A stretch of DNA of 64,000 nucleotides from Amphiscolops sp. MND2022 (Eukaryota). The position numbers were made by a program, and so were the translations under genes. Under the pieces are notes generated by a model that saw nothing but the letters and a program-made list of their open reading frames with translations, was not told where the DNA came from and did no database searches. The stretch lies in NCBI GenBank assembly GCA_964187785.1, contig OZ076420.1, positions 17,050,001 through 17,114,000 of the forward strand. The letters are read 5' to 3'. Numbering within the stretch: position 1 is the first letter of the stretch; every line of letters begins with the position of its first letter. Positions 23,282 to 34,873 of this stretch are shown in pieces.

Positions 23282-24782
23282 TTTTCGAGAATTTTTTAAA
23301 TTTTTGCCATTGATCAAATTTGCAAAAACTCAAAGCCGAGAGAAATTGTCTTTGTGTTCAGATGATACTCTCCAGAGTTGAGTACAGTGGTGATATTTGT
23401 GATGAGTTTTATGGAACCAAAAAGATTTACGCCAAGTTCTGTTTTAAATATTTCTGCGTCAGCTGAATGTTTTAGAAACCGTATTTTCTAGACTTCTATA
23501 GTTCCATTTTGCCGCTAACACAAGCCGTAGCTGTTTCGATTCTAGCAACAGGAGGCAGCGCTACTCCATGTCTTGGCTAATTCACCGAATTCTCGTAGCA
23601 GCGCTGTTATTGAGATAAAGCGAATGATTGTTAATTATTCGTACGCCGAGGGTTTCGCCTGCATTCAAAAACGAAGGGAAAAGCCACAAATCTTCAGTAG
23701 TTGTATTATCGTTTGTTCTAGTTACAAAGCTTGTCGTCCAATGCACCTGCTCATAATTATGTTCGATTGTTTTTTTTGGATTGAGAAGAGAAAATGATTG
23801 CTCGTTTTGGCGTAATATTTGCAATGAAATGCGGTGTTAACTAGTACGGAGATAAATATGAAGCATCATACGCGGTGTAAACTGGCGCAGTGATTAATTG
23901 CGCGTTATATAATGGATTAACAGGAAGATTGTCTCTACAGCTATTTGACACTTCCAGCAAAATATGACCCTAAATGTTTGATATTATCGTCCAAAATAGC
24001 AGAAATTCACGCTTCAAACAAGTTAAAATTGTATAAATTGGCCCCTATTTCAACGCAAGTTTTCCCCGGTATAAAATATAACGAGTAGCTTTCAAGTGGC
24101 AGTCGATGTAAAAGATAGGATTATGTCGACATCAAGTATTTTATTGGACCAAAATTTGAACGCAAACGATGTAGACATAATGGTTCTAAACTCTCAACCT
24201 CGTTTCTCAATCCTTTACCCCGCGGCCGGGGTAGAGGGTGAAATAAGAAACAAGATCCAAAATCGTTAGTTGAATGAATATTTGAATTCGTAATCGTTGC
24301 CCTGCTCGGGCTTACAAATTACAGAGTTTGCATTTTACGGCGAACGTAATTTTCAATTGTTGATAAAACTTGGATATAAATTATATAATTTAGAAGTGCA
24401 ACTGAAGTTGTTCATCAACTTATTCAGTTTAAGATGATTTGGGTACTTATGAAACTCTTCCGGCAATTATTTTTCTCTTACAGACTTTAGGCTCTTACAA
24501 ACTAGAAGTAAATGATATTCGGCCGCCAGCCTTTCCTCATTGCAAATTAATGTGTTTTGGTTGTTCCTAAAAGTTTGCGCATTCGCAAAAGAAGCACGCC
24601 GGAACCTACTCAATTCGTTTCGGTAAGGTTGTCTCAAGGTGATATGGTATTTTTAATGCCGTAATTGGATTTGTACAAAAGTGTGTTTTACAAACAGTTC
24701 TCATTGGAGGAGACGTTCGCTAAGATTGAATAGCAGCGTCCCTCAATTAGTTTGATGTTGGTTGCATTTCTTTCCAGATGGC

Positions 24783-27700
24783 ATGAGTGACGGAGGCAGG
24801 TACAGATTTGCGGGCACCGGGGCCAAGTACAGCACGGCCGCCAATGGCCACGCGGGAGACAGCCACCACCACAATAACAACAACAGCAGCAGTAGTGGCA
24901 GTGGTAGCAGTAGTACTACGAATAACAACAACAGAACATCCTCCTCTTCCTCACACACAACCCCCAATGGCACCTCCCAGTGATAACCTCTTCTAATAAT
25001 AGACTCTTTACTCACATTCACTGAAGGTATAGATATAACAAGCCGGGACCGGCCCAAGTCGGTGCCATATCCAAAGCTCAAAAATAGCAAAATGACTTCA
25101 AAATGTCACAGTATTGGTGAATTGGGGACCCTTTTATGGAGAAAAATTTGAAAAAGTCTCACAATGCCGAAAAAACTGAAAGGTAGGACCCTTTGGGATT
25201 TTTCAACATCCATTTTGTCGCAAAACTGGAAAAAAATTGAAAGGGGGACCTTTGGTGGGAAAAAAAATTCGGAAAAAAGTCGCACAATGCCGAAAAAAAA
25301 TTGAAAGGGGGGACCCTTTAGTCTCTCCCGGTATTGTGTTACGCGGGAAACTTTTTTGGTTTAGTTCCCTGGGCCAACAGGTGAAATTTGAAATTTTGTA
25401 AAACTTTTGGTAGAACTATTTTGGTCACTTCAGGTGGTCTTTAAAAAACACTGACGAAAAGCCATAACTATAGTCGGCTCTTTTCAGGAAAAGCGCCGAC
25501 TAAAAAATCAGATATAGTGTAAGCCGGTTGTAATATCACCGGATATAACGTCAAACCGCCTATAATGTCACTAATTGAGCCGCCGCGCAGTGTTAGGAGC
25601 GAATTTTACTGCATATAACGTCACTTATTCGGTGATTACATCACTGAAGTTTTTTGGATGATCAAACTTAGTCGTATTTCGTTTCTGCAAATTTCAAAGA
25701 CATGGTGGGATCAAATTCAAAAGCAATCACGGTAGAGCCTAATGCAGTTGATATTTCAGCGATTCAAACTTGTTGGAAAGCAAACGAACTCAGTGATTTT
25801 GATCAACACTTGTACTTTTTTCTTTCGACATTTCAATGAAATTTTCAAATTTCACAAACTGTCCAGACGATTCGTATAAAATTTATCTGTCATTCTACAT
25901 GCGTGCTCAATGACCTTAAAATTGTATGACTGGGGTCTGAGAAACAGCAAAAATTTGTCAAAAACTGACTTTTTGGACTTTTTTCGATCGTATCAAAAAC
26001 TGTCAGTACGGTTCGAACGAAATTTTTTACAATCATTTTACACCATATGAAGATCCTATGTGTACAATGACATCAAAATCGTGTGCGTTGAAACCACTAG
26101 TATGTACATAAAACGGGTGTTTTTGCCCATTTCAAACAGCCATTGTCGCCTGTGAAATAGGTTTTCCTGATTTTCCACGTTCCTCGATGAGACATGAGAG
26201 AAGACTTTGACAATGAAATAGTTTATCATTGGTGATGCTCTCTGTAACAGCACCTCCTCCCGTAGCAGTAATGCCAACGTAGGCCCCAGTGGAGACTACA
26301 CCACCGAGCAGCTAGCAGATGTACAACGTCTCAGATCCTGTAAGGACTACTACGAGCTTCTGGGGGTCCCCCGAAACGTCACCGAGGAGGAACTGAAACG
26401 CAACTACCGCAAACTCGCCCTCAAATTTCACCCCGACAAGAACAAGGCACCCGGTGCGACAGACGTCTTCAAGAACATTGGCAACGCCTACGGGGTTCTC
26501 AGTGACTCAGAGAAACGTAGGCGCTACGATCAATATGGTGCTGATGGTCCACAGGTTAGGGTTTGTTTCTTAGTGATCTGTCAAATTGTTCTAACCATTG
26601 GTTAATCATTTAACCAATGAGATTTTTTGAAACAGAATCGATTTAACAGATTTTTTTACTTCATGATTATTTAACCGATTATTTAACAAATTAATGATCT
26701 GAACTATAATGAAGTTTCTAATAACACTAATTGAAGAGTGGGTGGAATTCTGAGAAGGTGCGGAAACAAGGCATGTCTCTGCCTGGCCGAACTCAGTTTC
26801 TCATACCATTTCTGATATTTGTATTTGAGACTCTGGGTGTTTCGTGCGGGAATTCTAGCCACTCATCAATTCGTCTAACTAGAAACACGGGTAAAAATTC
26901 TCAATAACTTGGGAGAAAATAGATTTTTATTCTAACATGGGTTGATAAACCTGTTAACCCCCCCACCCCCCAATTTTACCAATTTGGTTTAACAGATCTG
27001 TTAATGGTTAAATGCATTCAACAAATCATTTATTTAACAGATCTGTTAAACCAATGGTTAAATAATTTGTTAAATTGGTCATTAATGAAAATTGGTTTTC
27101 TAGTGAAATACTTGTAATAATCAGAGTTTTGACACCGCTAATTAGCGGCCACGCAGAATTTTTCAGCGATTCAAATTAGTGGCAACTAATAGATTGTCCA
27201 AATTCGAAATTTCTTCTGAGTATGCACGGAGCAGTTTCAAAATGGATTTTGCAAAATTCCAACTCCTACCATTTTAAAAGTTAAACATTCAATAGTTTGT
27301 AGAAAAAGCTTTTCAGCGAAATGACGATTTTGAAATTAGTGGTTTAGCGAAAAAAAATAGCGATGTCAAAACCCTGGAAATAATCATGGATGCATGCAAT
27401 AGTTGATCGTTCAGCTACGTTCACCAGACAAAAGCGCTCAAAATACACAGCGCCCCAATCAAAGGCTTTAAGGGATTTGCTGAATCTTTTAGTCGGCGCT
27501 TTTCTTAAGAAAAGAACCCGACTATTACAGTCACTCGTTTTTTTTATTTAAGACAGACTCGAAGCGACGAACGTTAACGTTCAGTATCTTCAACTAAACA
27601 AATACCCCGGAAACGCATCTAAGTTATTCCAAAGGGTCCCCCTTTCGTTTTTTACTTTTTATTTTTTCAAGGAAACCCACAAAACCGGACGTGCCTAAAG

Positions 27701-30700
27701 GGTCCCCCCTTTGGATTTTTTTTCGGCACTGTGCGACTTTTTTCGAAAATTTTTTGATGTCCCTCAAGGGTCCCCCTTCGAGGTTTTTGATATTTGGCAA
27801 CGGAATGTATGTTAATAAATCCAGAAGGGTCCCCCTTTTACATTTTTTGGCACTTTGCGACTTTTTTCGAAAGAAATAATTTTTTCTAAAATTTCAAGTT
27901 TTTTTCCAAAAAAAATGTTTTGCGCTTTTTGAGCCTTAGATATGGCGCCGACTTTAGACGTTCTCGTCTTGTTACATCCAACTTCAAGTTCCTCACTCCA
28001 ACTAAATAATAATCAGTTTTTCATTTTTAACACTGCAACGACTAACCGCTTCTTTAAATTATATATTTGGTTCAGAAATGCTAATTGTCAGTTCAAGACG
28101 TTTTCAGTTGGACTTTGTTAGATGTGAAAATGGCAAATCTGGCATTACCATTGACTTATTATTTTTTGAACACCTTCAATTGAGTTTAATTAGAGGCGGT
28201 GAAATCAGCTCACAAATTAGCTGGGTGCTTTTGACTGCGTAAAATGGGCGCTTTAGACTCAAAAAGTGCAAAGTCTAGTATCAATAATGCTCACAGTGGC
28301 TTTCAGGAATATCTCATGAATTTCAGAGCGCCAAAAAAATTCCGAAAAGTCGCACAGTGCCGAAAAAACACTTCGATGATGTCAACGTATTCAAAAATTT
28401 AAAAATGTAAGTCATTGCCGGAGTTTAAACCCAAGCTCCTGCTGGGGATGCACGCATCTTAACCACTGGGCCAAATTACGGCCAAGGAGCAGGAACAAAT
28501 TCTTTTCAAAAAGGACCATTCGGTGTGGCCATTCAAAAACACTTGCCATTGTAAGAATTGGACACTTTTTGTTATAGAAATCGACGACTAAAACCATTGT
28601 CAACATAGTTGTAATTTTATCTTGAGATTGAAATATAAATAGTATGATTTATTCACATAATCCGCCCACTAAAAACAGCCTTTTATAACTAATAGTCTTT
28701 GGATACTGTCCTATCCAGCTCAAATCAGTTTCCTCCGGTTGTCCGGCTGGACCGAAATTCTACAGTTCGATGCACCTCTGATACATGACATGCTTCCATT
28801 CATGATAGCCATCGAGGTATGAACATTTTGAGGCAAAAAGTACTCTTGATTTTCAATTAACCAGCAGTCTTTATCTGTCTGTCATGTTGCATCAAGGTTT
28901 TGAGCAGAAGAAAATTGTGGAATTGTTATTTGATCTGCCAATTAAATCTATCGAACCAACTGGGTTAATTTGCGTTGTTGTATTTCAGGTGCAGCAAAGG
29001 CGGCGACATTACAATGCCGACATGCACCATGGTTTCGAAGCAGAGTTTGACCCCGAAGACATATTCAATATGTTCTTCGGGGGGTTCCCGGGAGGCACAA
29101 GGGTTTATACATACACGCCCGGGGGAGTGCACCGCAGGCACGGTTTCCTAACTGCTGCTGTTGACATTACTTGCTGCAAACTATAGTCTCGAAACTATAC
29201 ATTTACGTTGAATGATAGTCAAGACAAACACGTCCAAACCGCTGATGCAGATCGAAATTGATGAGCAATAAAATTTGGAATACTCGTTTTTAGGAGTCGG
29301 AAAAATTTTGGACTACTAATGCAGTTGTGCTTTTTTCTCCCGACCTAAAATTTAGCACAGCCAATTATGCACCTAAAGTTGCTCCTTGAGTGCGCAATGG
29401 CTTCAAACTCGTATGACTGGGATCTGAGAAACATAGCCAAAATTAGCCCAAAAAGCAGCCATTTTTGGACTTTTTTCACTTTCTCAAAAACTGTCCATGT
29501 AGGATTCGAACGAAATTTTCTATAGTCATTCTACACCATATTAGGGTTCAATGTGAGCAATTTCCTCAAAATCGTATGGATGAGATTTGAGCAAGGCAGA
29601 AAGAAAAGTCCTAATCCGACTCCTTTAACGCAGCACATGCGGCTCTGGTCTGTCTAGGTTTTGCATGTGAGGAGCATTAGATTCTAGAGTTTTTTTGTTT
29701 TTTGTACCAACCATATATGGAAACCGTGACTTGTTCGTGGTGGGGTACCAGGAGACATGCGCACGGGGGAACCAATGGCGGGGGCGCGGACAACAACTCG
29801 GTGTCGCCGAACTACGCGTTCTGGATCCAACTGGCGCCTCTGCTCATCCTGTTCGTCATGTCCGCCCTCTCTGCGCTCTTCACCGCCGACCCCCTCTTCA
29901 GTCTGCATCGAGAGAAGCCTTACATCATCGAGCGAGTCACCGCCAACTTGCGTGTTAATTATTACGTCAAGCCCGATTTCGCTCAGGCACGTGCAACTAA
30001 ATATGAAAATATATCAAATACTAACCTTTGAAACGGTCTCATAGTGCCGAAAACGCAAAAGTGGGGACTCTTTTGGCTTTTTTATCATCCTATTGGTTGC
30101 AGAAATTCAAAGTAACCAAAAAGAGGACTTTTTGGCGACATCAAAAATTTTCGGGAAAAATCACAATGCCGGAAAAACGGTAAAACCAAACCGTTGTTGT
30201 CTAGTAACGAAAAAGCTTTTAAAACTATGGTACCCAAAGATTGCTCTCTAGTAAGATAGGAATGCCTATAGAAATTCTGTAAAAGGTGGACCTTTCAGTG
30301 TTAGGTCTATGGTCTGAAGAAAAAAGTTCACTGTAACAGTCGGGCATTTTTTGTTTCACAAAAAGCGCCGAATCAAAATTGTTAAGGCTTGAAACACGAA
30401 ACTTAAAAACTAAAAGTATCAGTTAAAACAAGACGGGAAAGTCTAAAGTCGGCACTGTATCTAAGGCTCAAAAAGCGCAGATTTGAAATATGCGTAGGAC
30501 GTTTTCATGAAAAACTCCTGTTTTCGAACCTCCGCCGTACTGAAACGCATTACAGTTCGGATATAACGTAAAAAGTTCGGATATAGTGCTTTACGCTGGA
30601 TGTCGTCTAAAAAATTAGATGCGTTTCCCAGGCATTCGTTTAGTTGAACAAACTGAACAAATATTTCGTCGCATTCGAGACTGTCTTGAGTAAAAAACGA

Positions 30701-33068
30701 GTCACTGTAATAGTCGGGTTCTTTTATTTTATAAAAGCGCCGACTAATAATGTACGACACTTGCTGAGGTTTTCAATATTTATATATACGGCGACCGTTA
30801 CTGACACTGCTAGGAGACTCTGCAGCTTGCAGCGATTCGGCACTATCTGATCTTTCAGTTATAAAACTGTCCCTTTGAACACTGGGCCATCATGCAGACC
30901 AACAGAGTTTCGCTTCGCACGGTCCTCTGTTTTTTTTTATTGAAAGGTCAAACGAAGAAATAGAGTACTGTCTGATCGCTTCTCAAGTTGAGAGTTTTAG
31001 CTAACTATCGCTTTTTGAAATTATCGCTACCGCTACTGCCTGAAAAATTGTGCTGCAGATGTTTCCATAGTGGCTACTGTTTGGCTAAAAAATGTTGAAA
31101 TCTCTCCTAACTTTCGCACGTAGTTCTCCAGAAGCCAACTATTTCGGATTTATTTTTGACACAGAAAGACGATTAACCTCTTCCAACGGAGGCTCTTTGA
31201 TTTTTTGGACTGCGAGTTCTTTTGATTCTTTCAGACCATTTACGAGTAGCTGTTGAATTACATGTTGCTGTCGAATTAGAATTTTCGCTAAAACTAGCTA
31301 CCGCTTTCTATTAACAGTAGCGCTAGCTGATCCATGCTTAGTGGTCAAACCAGTGTTACTTAAAGCGTCGATATTTTTATTGACATGTTTTTCCTGATTA
31401 CCTACTTTTTTCACTTTCATGGGTCGTTTTCACTCAAAAATATTTCATATTTAAAATACATGTAGTTTCTACAATGCAGTGTGGTCTTTTTGTGAGAAGT
31501 TTGGAATGCCATTGAATATTGAACTGAATTCAGATTCGATGACTCAAGTCCATGTTAAATTTATTACAAGGTTGATTTCATACAGATTGCAAATCTTGAA
31601 AACAACTTATGTCTTATGTTCTTACGAAGCGCTAAATTAATCGAGTATTTTTGCAAAATGCGGCCCGAAGGTTGAAATAAACCTGAACCAGCTGAAAATC
31701 TCAAAAATGTTTCGCTGAAAAAATTTTGACTAATCGATTTGGTATCCTTTTCGAGGATTAATCATTAATCATCTGTGTTTCTATCGGATCGTGGTTCTTG
31801 TATTTTTCAATTTCTTCAATGTTCCAATTTTCACATGCCTGAATTTGTTGTGCAGACATTCAAGAACAACCTCAAACAGTTAGAACGCGAGGTGGAAAGC
31901 GAGTATCTCACCATGCTCCAAAGCAAATGCTATCAGGAACGACAGAATAAAGAAAACACGAAACTCAAAGCCAGGTACTGCAGTGTATTGTACGACATAA
32001 CAGAATAACAACGACCTAATAAGTACATCCATAAACAGATATGGCAGAAATTCACGGGGACTTTTAGTCCATTTCACGGGGCATTTTAGGCATTTTTGCA
32101 GGGAAAAGGCTAGATTTCACGCGGAAAAGAATGGAAAATGTTTTTTAAAAAACGCGATTTCATGGGCGGAAAAATATATTTTTTCCATTAATTTCCAGTA
32201 ACATTAATTTTTATCAACTAATTCGTTATGTACATTTTTAAGCAATCAATTTGGAAGAAGTTTATTTACTTTGAGTGTTTCTGAAAAGCCAAGGATTTCC
32301 TCAGGTAAATATCTGGGTTAAAACTTGGGCAAGGATAAAATTGTCATTGAGTGAAATTCTGACTGAAGTTTTTAAATGCCTTTTCAATTCGTTTTCGTTG
32401 TTGGTTACTACTCAAATGTCACGGATTTTGTTGCGAAAACAGTTATTCACGCAAATGTCTCAATTCTACACGCCGTGAATTTCTGCCATCCCTGTTCACA
32501 ACCAAGCATTTCATGTAAAAGTTTTATTTTCGTTGACTGATTTCAGTGTTGCTCGGTCAATGCATGGTGGCCCAATGCCTGTGATTCTGTCAATTTTCAT
32601 AACTTTTTATTAAATGAGAAATTTGATAATTGGGCAGCAATCTGGAAGCTTCGAAACAAGATTGAAATCTAATTATAAACCGGTTTTTGAAAAAAAATCT
32701 CCGATGGTACATTTTAGTTTTTTTTTGCAAACAAACGCTCATATAATTGCTTTTTGATCAATATTTTTCTATAATACCACTCGCAAGAATCCTTCAAATG
32801 GGAAATGCTTCGAAACAAGATTCCACAAAGTTTAAATCTCACTATAAACAGTATCTTCGATTTTTGAAGAAGAAATCTCCGATGGTAAAACTCAGCTTTT
32901 TTTCAAAAATGACTTTCGATCAATATTTTTCTCCAATACTATTGGCAAAAGGAACAAATATTGCTACAATACGCTGTCAGGTACTTTCGCGATTCTCGAC
33001 TTTTGGAGAAAGCGGAGAAAATGGAAACCCCAAGTTGTACCAAGTTTCGAGAGATGTATGGTGGCTAG
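24783..33068 (+). CDS. DNAJB12: DnaJ subfamily B member 12/14-like ER co-chaperone; exons 24783-24979, 26251-26554, 28989-29137, 29752-29986, 31856-31974, 32981-33068
   Basis: [24 protein letters not shown]...[15 protein letters not shown] (J domain); [15 protein letters not shown]; TM segment [16 protein letters not shown]; DUF1977-like YYVKPDF...LEREVESEY...CYQERQNKE...ARYF...METPSC. All phases are consistent; introns 3 and 4 are GC-AG. The start codon and first exon are uncertain, and B12 versus B14 cannot be resolved. Confidence 0.88.
27122..27376. mobile_element. hAT-type MITE
   Basis: TIR CAGAGTTTTGACA / TGTCAAAACCCTG; near-perfect 8-bp TSD GTAATAAT / GAAATAAT. Confidence 0.65.
27490..27973 (-). 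mobile_element. HINE-like family 1 element (further copies ~25100-25505, 30428-30750, 42300-42778, 43130-43605, 44165-44750, 51240-51895, 51895-52462, 63375-63710)
   Basis: TTTTAGTCGGCGCTTTTC...CCCGACTATTACAGTCAC hairpin end, internal GGGTCCCCC / TTTTCGGCACTGTGCGAC repeats, and terminal GAGCCTTAGATATRGCGCCGACTTTAGACGTTCYCGTCTTGTT. Confidence 0.7.
29289..29650 (+). mobile_element. HINE-like family 3 element (also 20460-20862, 46088-46725)
   Basis: 5' TTTTTAGGAGTCGG, 3' CCGACTCCT subTIR followed by a GCACATGC-centred hairpin and GGCTCTGG; inserted in T-rich sites. The 46088 copy holds about three tandem internal units. Confidence 0.7.
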
Positions 33069-34347
33069 CAGCTCCTCTGGCTGCAAACTCACTTCACATA
33101 CCCTTATCCTAACAAATTATTTCGCAATTTTCCGACAACCAATAGCATTGCCCCGCCCCCTGCCTTCCCGTGGAGCACTGATGTTTGTCGTCACGGTTGT
33201 TGGCGCAGAAAGTTTGGAGGGGGGTTGGATTGTTATTATGGAGGGGATGAATGCTCGAAATGAGTTTTCCCTGTGGTGACGTCGGCGAAAGGAACAGTTG
33301 GCTGAATCTTTAAATTCTCTCAACTGAATCTTTAATTTTGATTGATGCTATCAGCAGTTTTTTGTCGATAGTGAGGTAATGTCGTATTTCACTTAGTATA
33401 AACATATTTACAGGAAAAGAAAATATTGTTTCAATCTTTTTATTTCTCGAACATTTCAATAGAAAATTTAATTGTCCTGTTATAAACAGTTTTCCACAGA
33501 TTTGCTTCTTTGTTATTGGTTGAGTAGTCAGTAATGTTCGACAGAGTTGGCATGTTTTAAACAGGGGGTGTTTAAAACACTGCTTTAAACACTTGTTTTT
33601 TGCATGTTTTTTTGTATGTTTTTTTCTAATGGTTTGCTCAATGTTTGGAATATTTTTACGCCTCAAAATTATGTCGTAGTAGAGCAGTTGGGGCCGGAAA
33701 ATACCTCACTTGTCAGCGGGCGTCTTATTTTTGTTTTCAACTGTTGAAAGATGCTGAACTCTTTCGAAGCTAAAATTTGTTGAATTTCAACTACAAAAAC
33801 ATCCAAAAACTGTATAAAAACTGCTCAAAATGGTAAATTGTAGGGATAAAATTAGAGTTTTTGGGACCATTTTCCTAACACGTTTAAAATGATGTTTTAA
33901 ACGTTTTAAACGTTTTTTTTGTAAAAAAACACATTTTGACCAACCCTGATGTTCGATGAAATATTTCATCCTTCATAATTTAAAAGTACTATTGATTCGA
34001 ATATCGATAGAAGTTGTAGTTTTAATATTTTTGAAACAGATCAACTGGTATAAGAAATGCTAATACGTTACAACTATTGCTTTAAATTGACTCAAAATTC
34101 CAATTTTTCACCGATTGGTCAAAGTTTGATCATCAAAATCAAAGCTCCAAATGGCATGTACCGACAAAAGCGCTCCAGTCTATTCAAAAGCGCCCATTTT
34201 ATACAGTCATATGCGCCAACTGAAAGCGCCCAGCTAATGTTGGAATTGAATTGTTCCGCCTCTAATTGAACGTAATTGAAGACGCTGACTGAATATGATG
34301 CCTCAGTGGTAATAATACCCCAACTTAGTATCAAATTACAAATTGCT

Positions 34348-34693
34348 TATAAAATCTTTGGGCGTCTTTGCCTTTAGATTTTCTTTCACTTGCTCTTGGC
34401 TCGTTTAGAGCGGCCCAGATTGATTGGTAGGTCTGGATTTTCAAATGCAAAAGAACAGTAAAGAAATGATAGACCGTTCCAATCAATCTGGGTCTATCCT
34501 TTTCTATTCAATGTAATCGTTATTCAATATGCTTCAATTTCATCAAGTTTTCTCAAAGTGGAAAATCATTGAATAAATAGTTCGTCAGTTTAGAGTTAGT
34601 TTTCAAATCCAGAATGAGCTCAAGTAGTAGTTTTGATTGTGATTTTGAAGTTGTTCATGTCGTGACTCATCGTTGAAATCCAAAGAGTTTATA
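34348..34693 (-). repeat. 3' LTR of the BEL element
   Basis: Direct repeat of 41119-41464; preceded by the PPT-like tract and followed by the TSD. Confidence 0.92.
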
Positions 34694-34873
34694 TCCGGCC
34701 TCATTTTGCAATCGCAAAATTTTAAATTTCAAAAATGGGGGATGAAAAGAAAAAACTGCGTAGAAGATAATGTTTGACTTCTAAAAAATCAGTTCAAGTA
34801 AATTTAGGTTCATATCCAAATACGTTTGGATTCTTTTTTTGCCTCTCTGTGAATAGATGATCTTTAAGTTCTT

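Noticed and set aside
23520-23830. Possible retroviral-type integrase fragment on the minus strand
   Set aside because: Resemblance too weak; no catalytic motif recovered.
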